From Nymphaea colorata (taxonomy: Eukaryota): a stretch of 64,000 nucleotides of DNA. The stretch's first letter is position 1. Every line of letters starts with the position of its first letter. Under the pieces are notes generated by a model, which ran no database searches, had not been told where the DNA came from, and worked only from the letters and a program-made list of their open reading frames with translations. Location: NCBI RefSeq assembly GCF_008831285.2, contig NC_045138.2, forward strand, positions 8,184,001 through 8,248,000. The letters are read 5' to 3'. The position numbers were made by a program, and so were the translations under genes. Shown piece by piece: positions 27,063-39,300 of the stretch.

Positions 27063-28208
27063 TCAAAGACAAATCGGGCATCGAATTAGTCCATTTTCAT
27101 TACAGTGTGGGCACCTTTTCTTCATGTCTGGCGTCTCCAAGCTGGCGAGTTTGCAGCTGCCGCTGCATTCAAAGCAGAGAACAAAGCGGACACCAGCACA
27201 TCCATCACAGATTCTGGCAGGCCTACTAATGACCGCCATGCCTCGCAACAGGCCTACCAGCTTCCCCTGTTCATGCAGTCCCAGCACCTCCTGCGCTCCG
27301 CCAATGAACCTGCCCTTGATGAACAGCCTCGGCGGCACAACGGCAGCGGTTGTTCTCATCAGGCTTTTCAGCTCCTCCTTGAATGGAGTATGCATGGAGA
27401 TATCCCTCTCATCTAACAAGATCCGCAGGCTGCTAAGCACGTGTCTCACTGCACTACATTCCTCAAACGTCTTCCTGATTGCTCTTAGCGTCGTCGTATA
27501 GAGCACCACCGAGTCCTGTCCCCCCGGCGGGCATCTCTCTTCGAATTCTGACCATGGGTCGTTGGCATCCCTTCGGTGGTCTTGCTCTGCTGCCGCTGTC
27601 TTGGCCCATGCCTCCTTTTCCGCCTCATGACTAAGAATATGATTCATGACTGCCTTCTCAAAAGCCGCAAGAAGATCAGGATCGAATAGGCTGCCGGAAC
27701 CTGGACGCGTTCGTCGAACCGGCGGAAAGGCATTCAACTCTGAAAGGGCGCCTTCTCCGAGCTTCCTGTCCAACCGGCCATTTTGAGTAGCAGGAGCAGG
27801 ACAATTCTCCAAGTTCACCATGTTCGAACCATTGAATTCCTTCTCACCGAACAGCCACTGCCTGGTGGGTGCGGGTCTGATGTTTTCTTTATCATCAGAC
27901 GAATCAAAAGCCATTAACTTCTCGCCAACTTCTGCTTCTACTTCCTCTTCGAGGTCCCTCATGAGCTCGGAAATGTCTATGATCTCTGGCGCCGTTTCAG
28001 CTTCCGAGAGTTCGGCGCAGCAGCTGCTGGCTTTCTGAATCCTTTCACCTTCGCCCTCGTAAACCAACGGATTCTTTGCGGCATGAGCGGAATCCGTGGA
28101 AAGGTCGAAGGCGTCTTCAGCTTTCACCTGCAACACCCGATCTTGCCTGATAACGAGGGGTCTTATGGTCTTGAGTCTTTTGAGAAACCTTCCCTTCACT
28201 CCCCTCAT
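27063..28208 (-). CDS. Glutaredoxin-domain protein with four C-terminal CxxC motifs (At3g28850/At5g39865/THRUMIN1-like family), 381 aa, intronless
   Basis: Family motifs SLFDPDLLAAFE, FEERCPPGGQDSVVLYTTTLRAIRKTFEEC, ERDISMH, PRLFIKGRFIGGA and CDGCAGVRFVLCFECSGSCK...CPHCNENGLIRCPIC. Confidence 0.93.
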   Translation of the reverse strand: MRGVKGRFLKRLKTIRPLVIRQDRVLQVKAEDAFDLSTDSAHAAKNPLVYEGEGERIQKASSCCAELSEAETAPEIIDISELMRDLEEEVEAEVGEKLMAFDSSDDKENIRPAPTRQWLFGEKEFNGSNMVNLENCPAPATQNGRLDRKLGEGALSELNAFPPVRRTRPGSGSLFDPDLLAAFEKAVMNHILSHEAEKEAWAKTAAAEQDHRRDANDPWSEFEERCPPGGQDSVVLYTTTLRAIRKTFEECSAVRHVLSSLRILLDERDISMHTPFKEELKSLMRTTAAVVPPRLFIKGRFIGGAQEVLGLHEQGKLVGLLRGMAVISRPARICDGCAGVRFVLCFECSGSCKLASLETPDMKKRCPHCNENGLIRCPICL

Positions 28209-28888
28209 CTGCTTCAGCCCTCTGTTTGTGCCAATCGCGGGTCAGGTGAGAGTGGTCGGATTCCGTCCAAGAACCGTCACCAACAGAGCCTCCCTTTGTT
28301 TTTTCTCCCTTTTTTGACAACGTCCACCAGGGCCGCGGCTCCGATTTTGGTGTACTCCAGAGAATCACAACGGCTACATAGCGAAGCGTGTTTTAAATTT
28401 TAAATCGCTAGGGACCAAAATTCCTTGGCAGCGGCAGCCGAGCAGAGCTTGCCTGGTCCCGCATCCGGCCGAAAGAACAACGGTCATAATTCATATTTTT
28501 TCTTTAATCATAATTCAGATTTTTGGGTGGTAGCAATCATAGGCAATATGCGTCGAGCAGCAGCTTAAGCTTTTTTGTATAGATGCAAATATTTAAAAGT
28601 TATGTTCCCAGCCACTGAAACATTTTCCCAACTTAAAGAGGATAAGGGCTAGCTGGTAAAGGCAACGGGGATTTTTCATTTTACTCTTTACTGTGTCAAA
28701 TCTATGCTATCTAATATCTGACACAGGAAAAAAATTTAATTCATCTGCAACAAGTACATCCAGCTATACTTCTATGATTTCTTTTCTCCTTTTTTTTTGT
28801 TCAGAAGTCACAAACTTTCTTTTTGCAGAGTTCCTCCACACTTATAGAGATGATGAACTAATTTGCCGGATTTAAATCACACACACAC

Positions 28889-28892
<4 letters not shown>

Positions 28893-28927
<35 letters not shown>
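28893..28927. repeat. (GA)n microsatellite preceded by (CA)n
   Basis: Visible run ~700 bp upstream of the GRX-like start codon. Confidence 0.9.
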
Positions 28928-28930
<3 letters not shown>

Positions 28931-30162
28931 AGCAGCTTCTAGAATCCAAATTTTACGGCAAAAAGCTCTGGATTTTTCATGTTGGAGCTCTCGCCTGTAA
29001 GGAATACTCCACCTTTCCTCGAATATCCCTTCAACTCCGTGCATGTGTAAATAGAAGACGGTAGGTAACCTTTCTTCCAAGTTGTATCTGATGACTTGGA
29101 TCGTATTTGTCTAAAGACTAGACCATCTGGGTTTCTGCAATTGCTTTCAGGACCACATGTAGTAAAAATCAAATTTTTCGTCCGACCACTTGGTAACATC
29201 CAAGATGGTCAACCGGAGGAAAAAAGAAGAAAAATCCAGCATGATCAGGTGTTTCAGGTTGAATCCCGCCAGCATCGATTGCACCATTTTTACCTGGTTG
29301 CTGCAACTGGCGCAGACGAAGCACCTGGGAGGTAGATCATGAATCTGAAAAACACAACGACTACAATCTTCATGATTGGAGTCCTTATAAGCAGTAGAAT
29401 GTGAAGTCAACCAAGACATATATGTGGTCTTCACCATATGTTCAGGTCACCTGCATGGGCGAACTGTCTAACAATTTGAATGTGCATTTAGTAAAGGTAC
29501 TATAGTTGAATCATTGTTACAGAAAGATGCGAAATGTACGGAAGAACTAATTATGTTTCAAGAAAATGTCAATAAATCAAGTTAAAATTCTTTTTGTAAC
29601 AAACCTCCAAAAAAATTCATTTGCTTACTGAAGACAGCTCGAACCAGCCAATTCCACTGGAACATAAGCCATTGTAAAAGTGGGACGAGTTCATGCCCTA
29701 CCGTGTTTCGATGAGGAGCCGATATGATGCATTTTACACTTACTATCGACAACATTCCCAAGCATACTGTAACCCAGTAATCTTTGGAAATATTAATTTG
29801 AATGGTTGCTTTGCCACCAACCATTGGCTGGGACTCCGACAGTATGTTAGTTTACCAAGCTTATGCGAATGGAATGGCATTCAAACTAGATCCATTGGAT
29901 TTGATGTTCCAAACAAAAGCTCTTCAAAGTTACAGATTCGTGACCTCGAATACTAAGGAACATAGACTAGAATAAACATTATTTAAGGTAAGATTATAAC
30001 ATAACATCGTATTCATGTAAAGGTGGTCCATGAGCCATATGCCAGGCCCTTTCGCTTCCTTCAAAAGAAACGGCAGTATGTCAAGCATCTAAAAGACAGT
30101 CTGTATACAAATATGAACAGAGGGAGAACAGCTTCACGGATGGGACTGTAGGTTCCATGCAA

Positions 30163-33100
30163 TCAATCAGCAGCAACCGATGATGCAAAACCGATGCTAA
30201 AACCAAAGTTGATACAGGTCAGCTGTTTGCCCTGGGGGCTGATCATCTTCATGGTCAGCCAGTAATTTCCCTGCAAATAAAGCACACATGAAAATTAGAT
30301 TTACTTAATGCAGAAAGTAAACCAAATTGGAACTAGTGAATATAATTCTTTGGCCAACGAAAATAAGTTTATGTAAAACTTACAGGAGGAGTGAACCCCG
30401 GCAAACTCTGGGAATGCTCAAGCACAAAGTCACCCGATGCTGGGCAGGTTGTCTCGGTGCAGAGATCATGGGTTTCAGAATGAATATGTATACCAAAGTA
30501 GGAGACTTCAATAAGCAGCTTACCACCGGTGATGGGTTCCTCTGGTTAGGAAGGAAGTGGATAAATTAAACTCAGTAAAAGCAAGAGTTTGCAATATTTA
30601 GCATGCATGAACCATATTTGCAAACTGAAAAATGCACTGATGGCAGATAACTTTTAGGATAATCCCAGTGAGGCAATGAGAGTCTATTAGAGACAAATCC
30701 AGTAAGAAAGAGGACGATAAGCAAAACAGACACTACCAAACAAATGATATACTGAGAGTTCACATATCTCCCACCATCACATGCATGCTAGTAGCACTTG
30801 TACATGGCAACGTGATTGTTGAAAGGATTAAGATGAAAAATACACATGGGACTGTAAGACATAAATCAACATGACAATCAAGTAAAACAGGTGATATCAA
30901 AATTGATCACATGCATGGATCTAGAGCCTAGGCAGAAAAACATAGGTGCCATGGCTAACAGCATCAAATTACTTGGTGTTTCTTGGGACATGATTCTCCT
31001 GGCAGGCTTGTCAGTGTAAACACGATGGTAGAGCGAGTGACATGATGGTAGACTGAGTGACCAAACCTGTAATCTCACTAACAATGGCACACCAGCATCT
31101 CAAAGTGCATCCATGCTATAGCTACTATTAAATAACAAATGCAAGACAACCAACTTATGGGGATCGTGTATAACCTGCAGTAATATCACTACATATAGCC
31201 AGACAAGATCCTATTCTACCAAGGAATGGATCTGATTATATCAAAGAACTAGAGCTAAAATATGATATATTTGACACCAGCATTGTAAGTATAGTACCAT
31301 AACATACTATATGCTACAAACTCCAACTGTTGTGCACAGTTGGCCAACGCAGGAATCTACCTTGCGAATCACTCTAGTCAAAACGGACGGGGGGGGGGGG
31401 GGGGGGGGGGTGGGGGTTGTGTGGTTACCAAAACCCTTCTCTCTTTCTCTGTCTCTCTCGCTTGTCCATGAGTTTACCATTGAGTACCATCGGGGACCAA
31501 GGTTTCCCCTCTCTCCCCCTTTTGGGGTCGACAAAAATCTCTCTCTCTCTCCACTCCACCCCACCCCAGCAGTCCCAAGTCCCTGACAGCTGTTGTCAAG
31601 GACCAGGGTTTTCCCCTCTCAGAAGATCCCGAAGCCCCTCTTTTGGCGCTCGGTGGAACTCTCTCTCTCCCTCAATAGTAAATTAAATTCATTTTTAATG
31701 GAGGATGATCCTTTAGTCCATCAGTCATTAATATGTTTTTTAATCTTTTCATGTTGGAAACTTCCGATTTTCTCTGGTTAGAAATATCACATTACTTTTA
31801 TCTGACGCAGCCAAGTGCTGAGTCAACTGGCAGACCTGGCAACCCAATTGTTAGCTGATCTGAGCCTGATTCACAGGTTTGCTAATGATGCACTTAGAAC
31901 TGAATTGTCACACCTTTGAAGCTAGTTCCAAGGGTGAAATTATGCTGTGTCATGCATATGTTATGTTATGGTACAATACAAGAGTGTACTTCACCTTACA
32001 CCTTCGAAACAGGAAAAAAAAAGCAACCAAATTTCCATTTTTTTAGTTTGACATTACACAAGTTCCTAAGAGTGTACTTCACCTTACACCTTCGAAACAG
32101 GAAAAAAAAAAAAAGCAACCAAATGTCCATTTTTTTAGTTTGACATTACACAAGTTCCTTAAGACTGAACATCAATTGTATCAACTATCAAGACAGGCAT
32201 TTTTACACATTTAAAATGGAAAAATAAAATTTAGGGCTGATTTCATACACCAAGATTAGGGGTTTGTGCTTTCCTTGCATGGAAGTATGTAGATACGTTT
32301 CTCTATGGCTGATAGTGTTTATATATATATATATATATATACCCAAGCCCTAATACTTGCCCTCGTGCATGTATAATACAACGATATCTGTATCAACATC
32401 ATGTGCTTCTATACTCATCCCCACGTTAGTACTTTTCGTAAACTTGTAACACATGTTACCCAAGACCAAGAGCATAGAACTCCAAAAGGAAGACAGAGTA
32501 TGACTATAAGTGCTTTCGCATAGAAAAGGCTGTGCAGGTTATGAAATTAACAGTAAATAAGAGAAAAAGAATTGACCATGAGGGAGGGGAAAAAAATTAT
32601 TCTAACCTAACGAATCGATTTTAATACGGGTCACGGGAGCATCACAAATGCGCCAATCGCAGCATAAGAAGAAACAGAGTATAGGATAATTTCAAACAGG
32701 TGCATGTTAGGAGGAGTGGTGACACTTTCTGGATGCACTAGCACTGCCAAAATACTAACAAAGACCGTCTCAAATCTCAAGATAAAAGGGCAAGCAAGAA
32801 GACCAAACACCCATAGACATAGAAAAAGATGCACTTGACCTAAACAACCCATATCGGAAGATTGAGAAGGTAATTGGAACTTGGGAGTCCGTAGGAACAC
32901 AAGAACATTTTCGTCTGTCGATGTTCTGTATCAGAAATGGCTCGTGTAATCGGATCCCAAAAAAAGATAAAAAGGTCCGCGATAACCTTAAACGAAGAAG
33001 CATCAGCTCCAACGGGAAACCATTTAGAAAGAAGACAACGAGTAATCCAGAAAATATTCACAGAGAAAATTAACCTAAAGAAAAGGCCTAGGGAGAGAAC

Positions 33101-33627
33101 TCAATACCTGTGGTGGCCGAGATGCTGAAAGTGGCAGGTTTCCCCCTCTCGACTGGATCTGGGTTGATGTCCAGTCCCTTCACCTTAACCGCATAATTAT
33201 CTCTACCACCTGCAACCACCATCCCGAAAACGAATCACCCAAATAAGAAAAGGAGGAAACAAGCCATTAGCCATCGTCCCAACTACCCCCGAGAAATTTC
33301 TTGGATCTTTTTGCATTTACAGAAGAAGATAATCTAACCGAAATCCAGTCAAAGGCTTTATCAAGCCCTGTAAAATCTCATATTACAAAAGAAGTGATGC
33401 AACAACAAGAAGATCACGATTTACTACGACGGAAAGGAAATCGTGAGGATTAAAAAGGGACGTAACCCATGAATTGATATTTTTCTTCTCCTTTTCTTAT
33501 GATTCAGAACAAACAGGTACTCACTGCAATAGGCGACATCTTTTGCGAAGATGGGGCTTGCCAGCAGGAGGACAACTGCTGCCGCGATTAAGAGTCTGGG
33601 AAGAGATTTGATGAGAATGGAATCCAT
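30163..33627 (-). CDS. ML (MD-2-related lipid recognition)/NPC2-like protein; exons 33627-33525, 33209-33108, 30541-30384, 30270-30163; 156 aa
   Basis: Signal peptide MDSILIKSLPRLLIAAAVVLLLASPIFA, then KDVAYCSGRDNYAVKVKGLDINPDPVERGKPATFSISATTEEPITGGKLLIEVSYFGIHIHSETHDLCTETTCPASGDFVLEHSQSLPGFTPPGNYWLTMKMISPQGKQLTCINFGFSIGFASSVAAD*. All introns are GT-AG and in phase. Most of it is missed by the ORF track. Confidence 0.92.
31980..32159. repeat. Near-perfect ~88-bp tandem duplication in ML intron 2
   Basis: AAGAGTGTACTTCACCTTACACCTTCGAAACAGG(A)nGCAACCAAAT...ACAAGTTCCT occurs twice. Confidence 0.95.
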
Positions 33628-34520
33628 GACTGTGCCCAGAGGAAGAAGATGAAGACGATTATATGGAATCGAATAAAAGAAGGGAAGGAAGGGTCGGTAA
33701 GAAACTTGCAGAAGGGAGGGGAGATGTTAGGTGGGGAGAGGGAGAGAGCGCGAGAAGTAAGACGTGTGCTTTTAATACTTTGCGTGATGGAAGGGTGCAG
33801 ACTCCAGAGAGAAACAAAAAGATCTTCGGAATTTTCTCGTAGTTATCCACCAAGACCATCACTTCTTGTTAATGCTCGTATCGGTATTTTGCCCGCTTGA
33901 CGAGACAACGTCGGGCTGGTACGGGCTTCCAGAAGATTAGTTCTTTGTTTTAAATTATTGTAAAATAATTTTTCAGTTGCTTTTTAAATAAAAATGAGAA
34001 ATAAGCCAAAATATGTTCGTGGCCACCAACAGAAACCCGAGACAATGAGTGCTGCTGATACTGACGATGTTTGACTCGCGATCAGCTTTAAGACGACCAT
34101 GTTGATTGGTTTGCATTGGAAACATAACCTCAAGAGTTGAAGAACAAAAACATAAGCGATGAGATAATGCCATACAAATTAAGTTGCATGTCTCTTGTGC
34201 GATGATTTTTGTTCTTGGGGGATCGTCGGTTGGTTATTTTTCTGTTAAGCTTGTCCCATTAGCAGTTTAATTAATATAACAGATTGGATTTAAACTCAAA
34301 CGAAACCTCAATTTTTGCCAGATTGTTTATGTGATTTCACGATTATAAGATCATCTAATGAGCGCTATTATTTTAAGTTTATAGGGCACATTTGTCTAAT
34401 GATTTGTGATAAAAATTATTAAGGAACGGGGTTGTTTCGGTAGACAAAGCGTGCGTCAGTCGGCAACATATAATAATGTATGGCCTGAAAATATATATAT
34501 ATATATATATATAGATATAT

Positions 34521-35262
34521 AAACTAAACCGTGCTCTGGACAGCTGACTTCAACCATTCAATCCTGTCCATCGAACGGCTGAGATCAGCTCATTGTAAAG
34601 TCGCGGGCGGTGGTGGGGAAGGGGTGAAGCCAAGGTGCAGGGCGTCAGAGGTTGTCGACGGGGTGTGAAGCCTTCACCGTGAAGATGGGCGACGAACACC
34701 GCAGATCACGATGAGCGAGACCTGGAGAGGGAAAGAGAGAGGCTGCGGTGCAGGTCGTCAGAGATCGGTACGGCATCACCAGAGTGAAGATGGGTGGCGA
34801 ACAGGGAAAGGCGAGGGAGAGCTTCGCACCTGTGTTAAAACAAGGATGTTGCCGGTTAGCATCCCTCGATGCGGGTGGACCCACCTAAGGGCGAAGCCAG
34901 AGTAGTAGAGTACGGTTAGAATGGGTTATGGTTTACTTCAATTTAAAAAAAAAAAAAAAAATTTACATGTAAATTTTAAAAAGTTCAACTTGTTTTATAT
35001 AAAACATTTTAAAAATAATTCAATGGTAATCAAATTTTAGAAACTTTGACGGCATCCATCGTTTAACACAGGTGGGAGAGAGGAAGGAGCCGCTGCTTCC
35101 GCCGGTGCTCCTCTGGCAGATTTAGGGAAGAGGGGGAGGCAGCCGGCGTGAGGAAAGGCACCGGCAGCTGCCAGTGCTCGTGGATGAAAAAGGAAAGGCA
35201 TAGGAGAGAGAGAGAGAGGATTGTTGAGATCACCTGTCATATTTAAATATATGATTCAGTTT
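34521..35262. mobile_element. Non-autonomous TIR element inserted in a (TA)n tract
   Basis: Left end AAACTAAACCGT...GACAGCTGACTTCAACCA resembles the reverse complement of the right end, AAACTGAATCAT...GACAGGTGATCTCAACAA. TA runs flank both sides. Confidence 0.6.
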
Positions 35263-36313
35263 ATATATATATATATATATGAAAAGGACTGATCTCCTTG
35301 GTTTTTAATCCTTAATTTTTTCCAAATTAACACTTAACAGTTGGTAAAAAAACAAGGAATAATATGAGATGATTCGTACTTTTTTTCTTTTCGAATATCA
35401 GCTTGTATTGGCACCCATGCCAGACCTTGAAAGAGCCATTCAGATAATCTCAATTTTCTTACTTTCTTATCATTTAAAATAAGTCAACTCCGCAAGATTC
35501 ACATAGGCAGACAGTCAAGTGTTTCCACATCGTTCGACAAATTCTTACAAATTTCTGTTGAGGATCTCTTTCCGAGCTCATATATTATCCATGCATCTTA
35601 AACTAAATAATCGTTAGCAGGTTGTAGGACCTTTACCTCTGTTTTCAATAGAAGACGAACATAACCCCGACTTCCAGTTGCAGCAGAAGATGGTCACACA
35701 GTTCCTGCAGCTCAACCGGGACGAGGACTTCACAATGGAGAGAGCTTTACAACCGCGGTTCTATTTGCTATGAGAAACACCGTGCAGGTATTACTTCTCT
35801 TTTTCTAAATCTGAATGCCTTGGAGATCTTTTTCTAAACCATCCTTCCAGCCGAATCAACCCCTACTTACAGGTTCATGCTCATATGAGGACGGGAACTC
35901 CGCCTCGATCATTTTAATGTCATTCAGATCCTGCCCCTCATGGTCGGATGCTGACCTAAAACCAACAACGTCACATACGGATATTGATATCATTGAGTCT
36001 ACCAATTCAACTTCGTGGTTTTCACAGATGCAGTTATAAGATAAACTTGCGCACAGATTAACAATTGTGAATGCGATATTGAATTCTATCACTAAAAATC
36101 AATCATTTCCATTCATGCACAACAGGGCAGTTGCCAAATAATTGGCATTCTAAAAGGAAAAAAAACTGAATGGCGAATAAATAGGCAATCAAAGAAGGGG
36201 TAAACATGGGATGTTCCTTTCCACCATCACTTATTTGAAGCGACAACTTGAAGTCATTACCAGGTCATGTTGATGGTGCCGAAGCAGTTTCACAATTAAG
36301 AATCTGTTACATT

Positions 36314-39300
36314 TCATACAGAATTTGAATAATGTACATCGTCCTGATTGTCTTGGACGTGTAAAGGCTTCCTATAAGATTGAAGGAGTAGAGAAGAGCA
36401 AACTACACTAAGCGATGAAGCAGCCATGCAAGCACCAGCAAGCCAAGGTGGTAGCCTGATTCCAGTGAATGGAAAAAGAATTCCAGCAGCTATTGGCAAT
36501 CCCAGAACATTGTAACCCAGAGCCCACACATAGTTCAGCCGGATTCTTGATAACGTTTTTCTTGATAGATCAATTGCAGTGACAACATCTTCAAGATTGC
36601 TCTTTATCAAAACAATGTCAGCTGCTTCTATAGCAACATCAGTCCCAGCACCAATTGCCATACCAACATCAGCAGCGGCCAGAGCAGGTGAGTCGTTTAT
36701 ACCATCACCAACCATTGCTACTGTCACCCCTTTCATCTGAAAATGATATAGAAATTAAGCAGTTCATACTTCAAGGATTTAAATAACTTTGCTGGAGCTC
36801 CTAGAAGACAAAAATAACCGTGGAAGAAGTAGAACAAAATTGTTTCATGGCATACAGAAGCAAAGCAGGATTTCTTCACGCATTATTGAAACCCTTGAAG
36901 TACATATATTCTAAATCCTCAAAAATACAGGAGAGTCTTATAAGCTTACACGTTAATAAAATCACTCTGTTAAGAAGAACAGAATTGTCAATTCCAAGGT
37001 TCACATCAGGCACAAAAATGTGAGAAAGATCACCAATACATATTTAACAACTAAACTAACTAGCAAGAACATAAATGTTTCCATGAACACTTGCAAGCAC
37101 CACCTAAATTTTAAAGCAGACAAAACGGTTTACCAAACAATGTTTCAGCAAAACATAACATCAGTGCTCAAATACGTACATCGAAAGATTGGGATATGAG
37201 ATCCATAGAGCAATCATTTCTCAGATCAAGGAACACAATCATTTTTAAGAAACAATTACAGAAAATACTAGTGGGAACTTCATAGCATGGAAAACAGCTT
37301 AGTGACACAAAATCCAAATAATCCCAGGTTTAAAGCACAGATCAAAATAAAGCAAGCAGTCAAGGGCTAGACCATATGAGTGTTTCAAATCCTATATGAG
37401 GGTTTCGATCTAGGTCACATGGACTCTTCATTTAAGGTGCCACATCAGCATCGATGCAACATGAGTGTGGGTGCGGATGCAGGTGTGGCTCTAAAACACA
37501 CCCGGGCACAGTCAACGCACGTCCGATGCTGCTGACTGCACCCACCTGTTTTTTCTCTCTCTCGTCGTTCAAAAAGGACAACACCACCTGATTGTCGACG
37601 ACCAGTCTGTCGCCCTTTCTAAAGGACAAGAGTCTGTCGTCCTTTTTAAAGGATGACTAGTTTGTCCTCCTTTACAAAGGATGACCAGACAGCCAAAATT
37701 TTAAAAGAACTTTATTTTATTGAATGTAAATTTTTAAAAATAAACTAAAATGACCTTTAAATAAAATTTAATTTTCAGCAAAAAATGTAAACGTACTCTC
37801 TCGCCGCAACCCCTCTGAGATGTGCTACACCCGCACTGCACCCCACACCCATGTGACATAGGTTTGGACTTTGCATGCACTCGCAGTAATCCCATGAAGT
37901 AATCCCATGAATGCTATCCGACCATGCCTACCAATATAGTGTTTGCCAACTTCACCAAACCAAAGAAAGGGACTAAGCTTCTCACACATTTAAGCTGCCC
38001 GAATTACTAGTATCTATTGAGTCCATATTTTTTCCAGAAACTACCATCAGTATATCAGCCTGCACCTGTCAAGATGATGCACATGCATGAGAAACCAATC
38101 ATTGATGGAAATGTGAAACAGAAAGTTGGTAACCTGAAGCTCCTTAATTTTTTCAGCTTTGCCTAAGGGATCTGTCTCAGCAAAAACACTGTGTATGCCA
38201 ACCTCCTTAGCAACTGCTGCAGCTGTAGCCCAGTTATCTCCAGTTACCATGATGCTAGATATATGCATAGAACGGAGAAATGAGACAACCCGCTCAGCTT
38301 CTGGTTTTACAGGATCAGTAACTGCAAAAGCTCCAACGACTTTTCCTTCTATGGCAACTAGTATGCATGTTCGTGCAAGTTGCTCAGCACCAGTAATATA
38401 ATATTCAACTTCATGAGACAATTCAATATTGGCATCAAGCATTAGCCTTTTGTTTCCGACCAGAACCTTCCTATTGCCAATGGTAACACTTACTCCAGTG
38501 CCAGGATGGGCCTGAAAGTCTTTTGTGTCAAGTGATGGAGCAATTGTTGAACCATACTGGTGCCTTAGGTTCTTGGCATGCTCCACCACTGCCTTTGCAA
38601 GAGGATGTTCACTGTATGCCTGCACGTGCAACATCCAGTCATAGATGTACCACGATATGCTTCTGTATTGAAAAGAACTTAAATAGCAAATTCAATCCAA
38701 CAGCAAATAGAATCTGCAGTAGCAAAAAAAACAAACAGCTGAAAGCCTATAAACTAGCTACACTAGCTAACTCATGGCCCAATATATATTTAAATAATTT
38801 AAAATGATTAGACATAAAGACCAGACCAGGTTAATGGAGTTTAGTTCTTTGTGCTACAGAAATTTCTGCTGATTTATAAAAGTTTATTCGGCAAGGTGAT
38901 AAGCATATTTTAAAGTTCAGGAAAGAAATTCGTCCCAGTTTCATGAGTCCAATGAAGATCAAAAGTAAGGTTGTAAGGCTGAAGTACAAATTTTTCAAAG
39001 GAAAAACGGGATTACCTTAGCTTAAACATGTAGTACCGTCACTGGACCAGCCTGAAGACTCACTATAAGGTCAGAATGGTATTTGAGTTCAAGGCATTTC
39101 CTAGATGAGCATCTGCCGAAAGGCTAATTCATGCCTAGAAGCTTCAGAAGCTCCAGTCTTCAAAAAATTATAAAGAATACATAATTAAAGCCATGCAAGG
39201 ACACATAGCCTGCCTACAAGAGTGAAGTGCTTCAACTTTCGTCATTTGAGTCCTCAGACCAGGTTTCTCCCTATTGATAAATCTTACATATTCTCCTGAG

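Noticed and set aside
28693..29956. Cluster of short ORFs between the GRX-like and ML genes
   Set aside because: No recognisable motifs or consistent exon chain.
31388..31416. Poly-G run as a functional G-quadruplex
   Set aside because: It is a simple homopolymer inside a probable intronic repeat insertion, with no other support.
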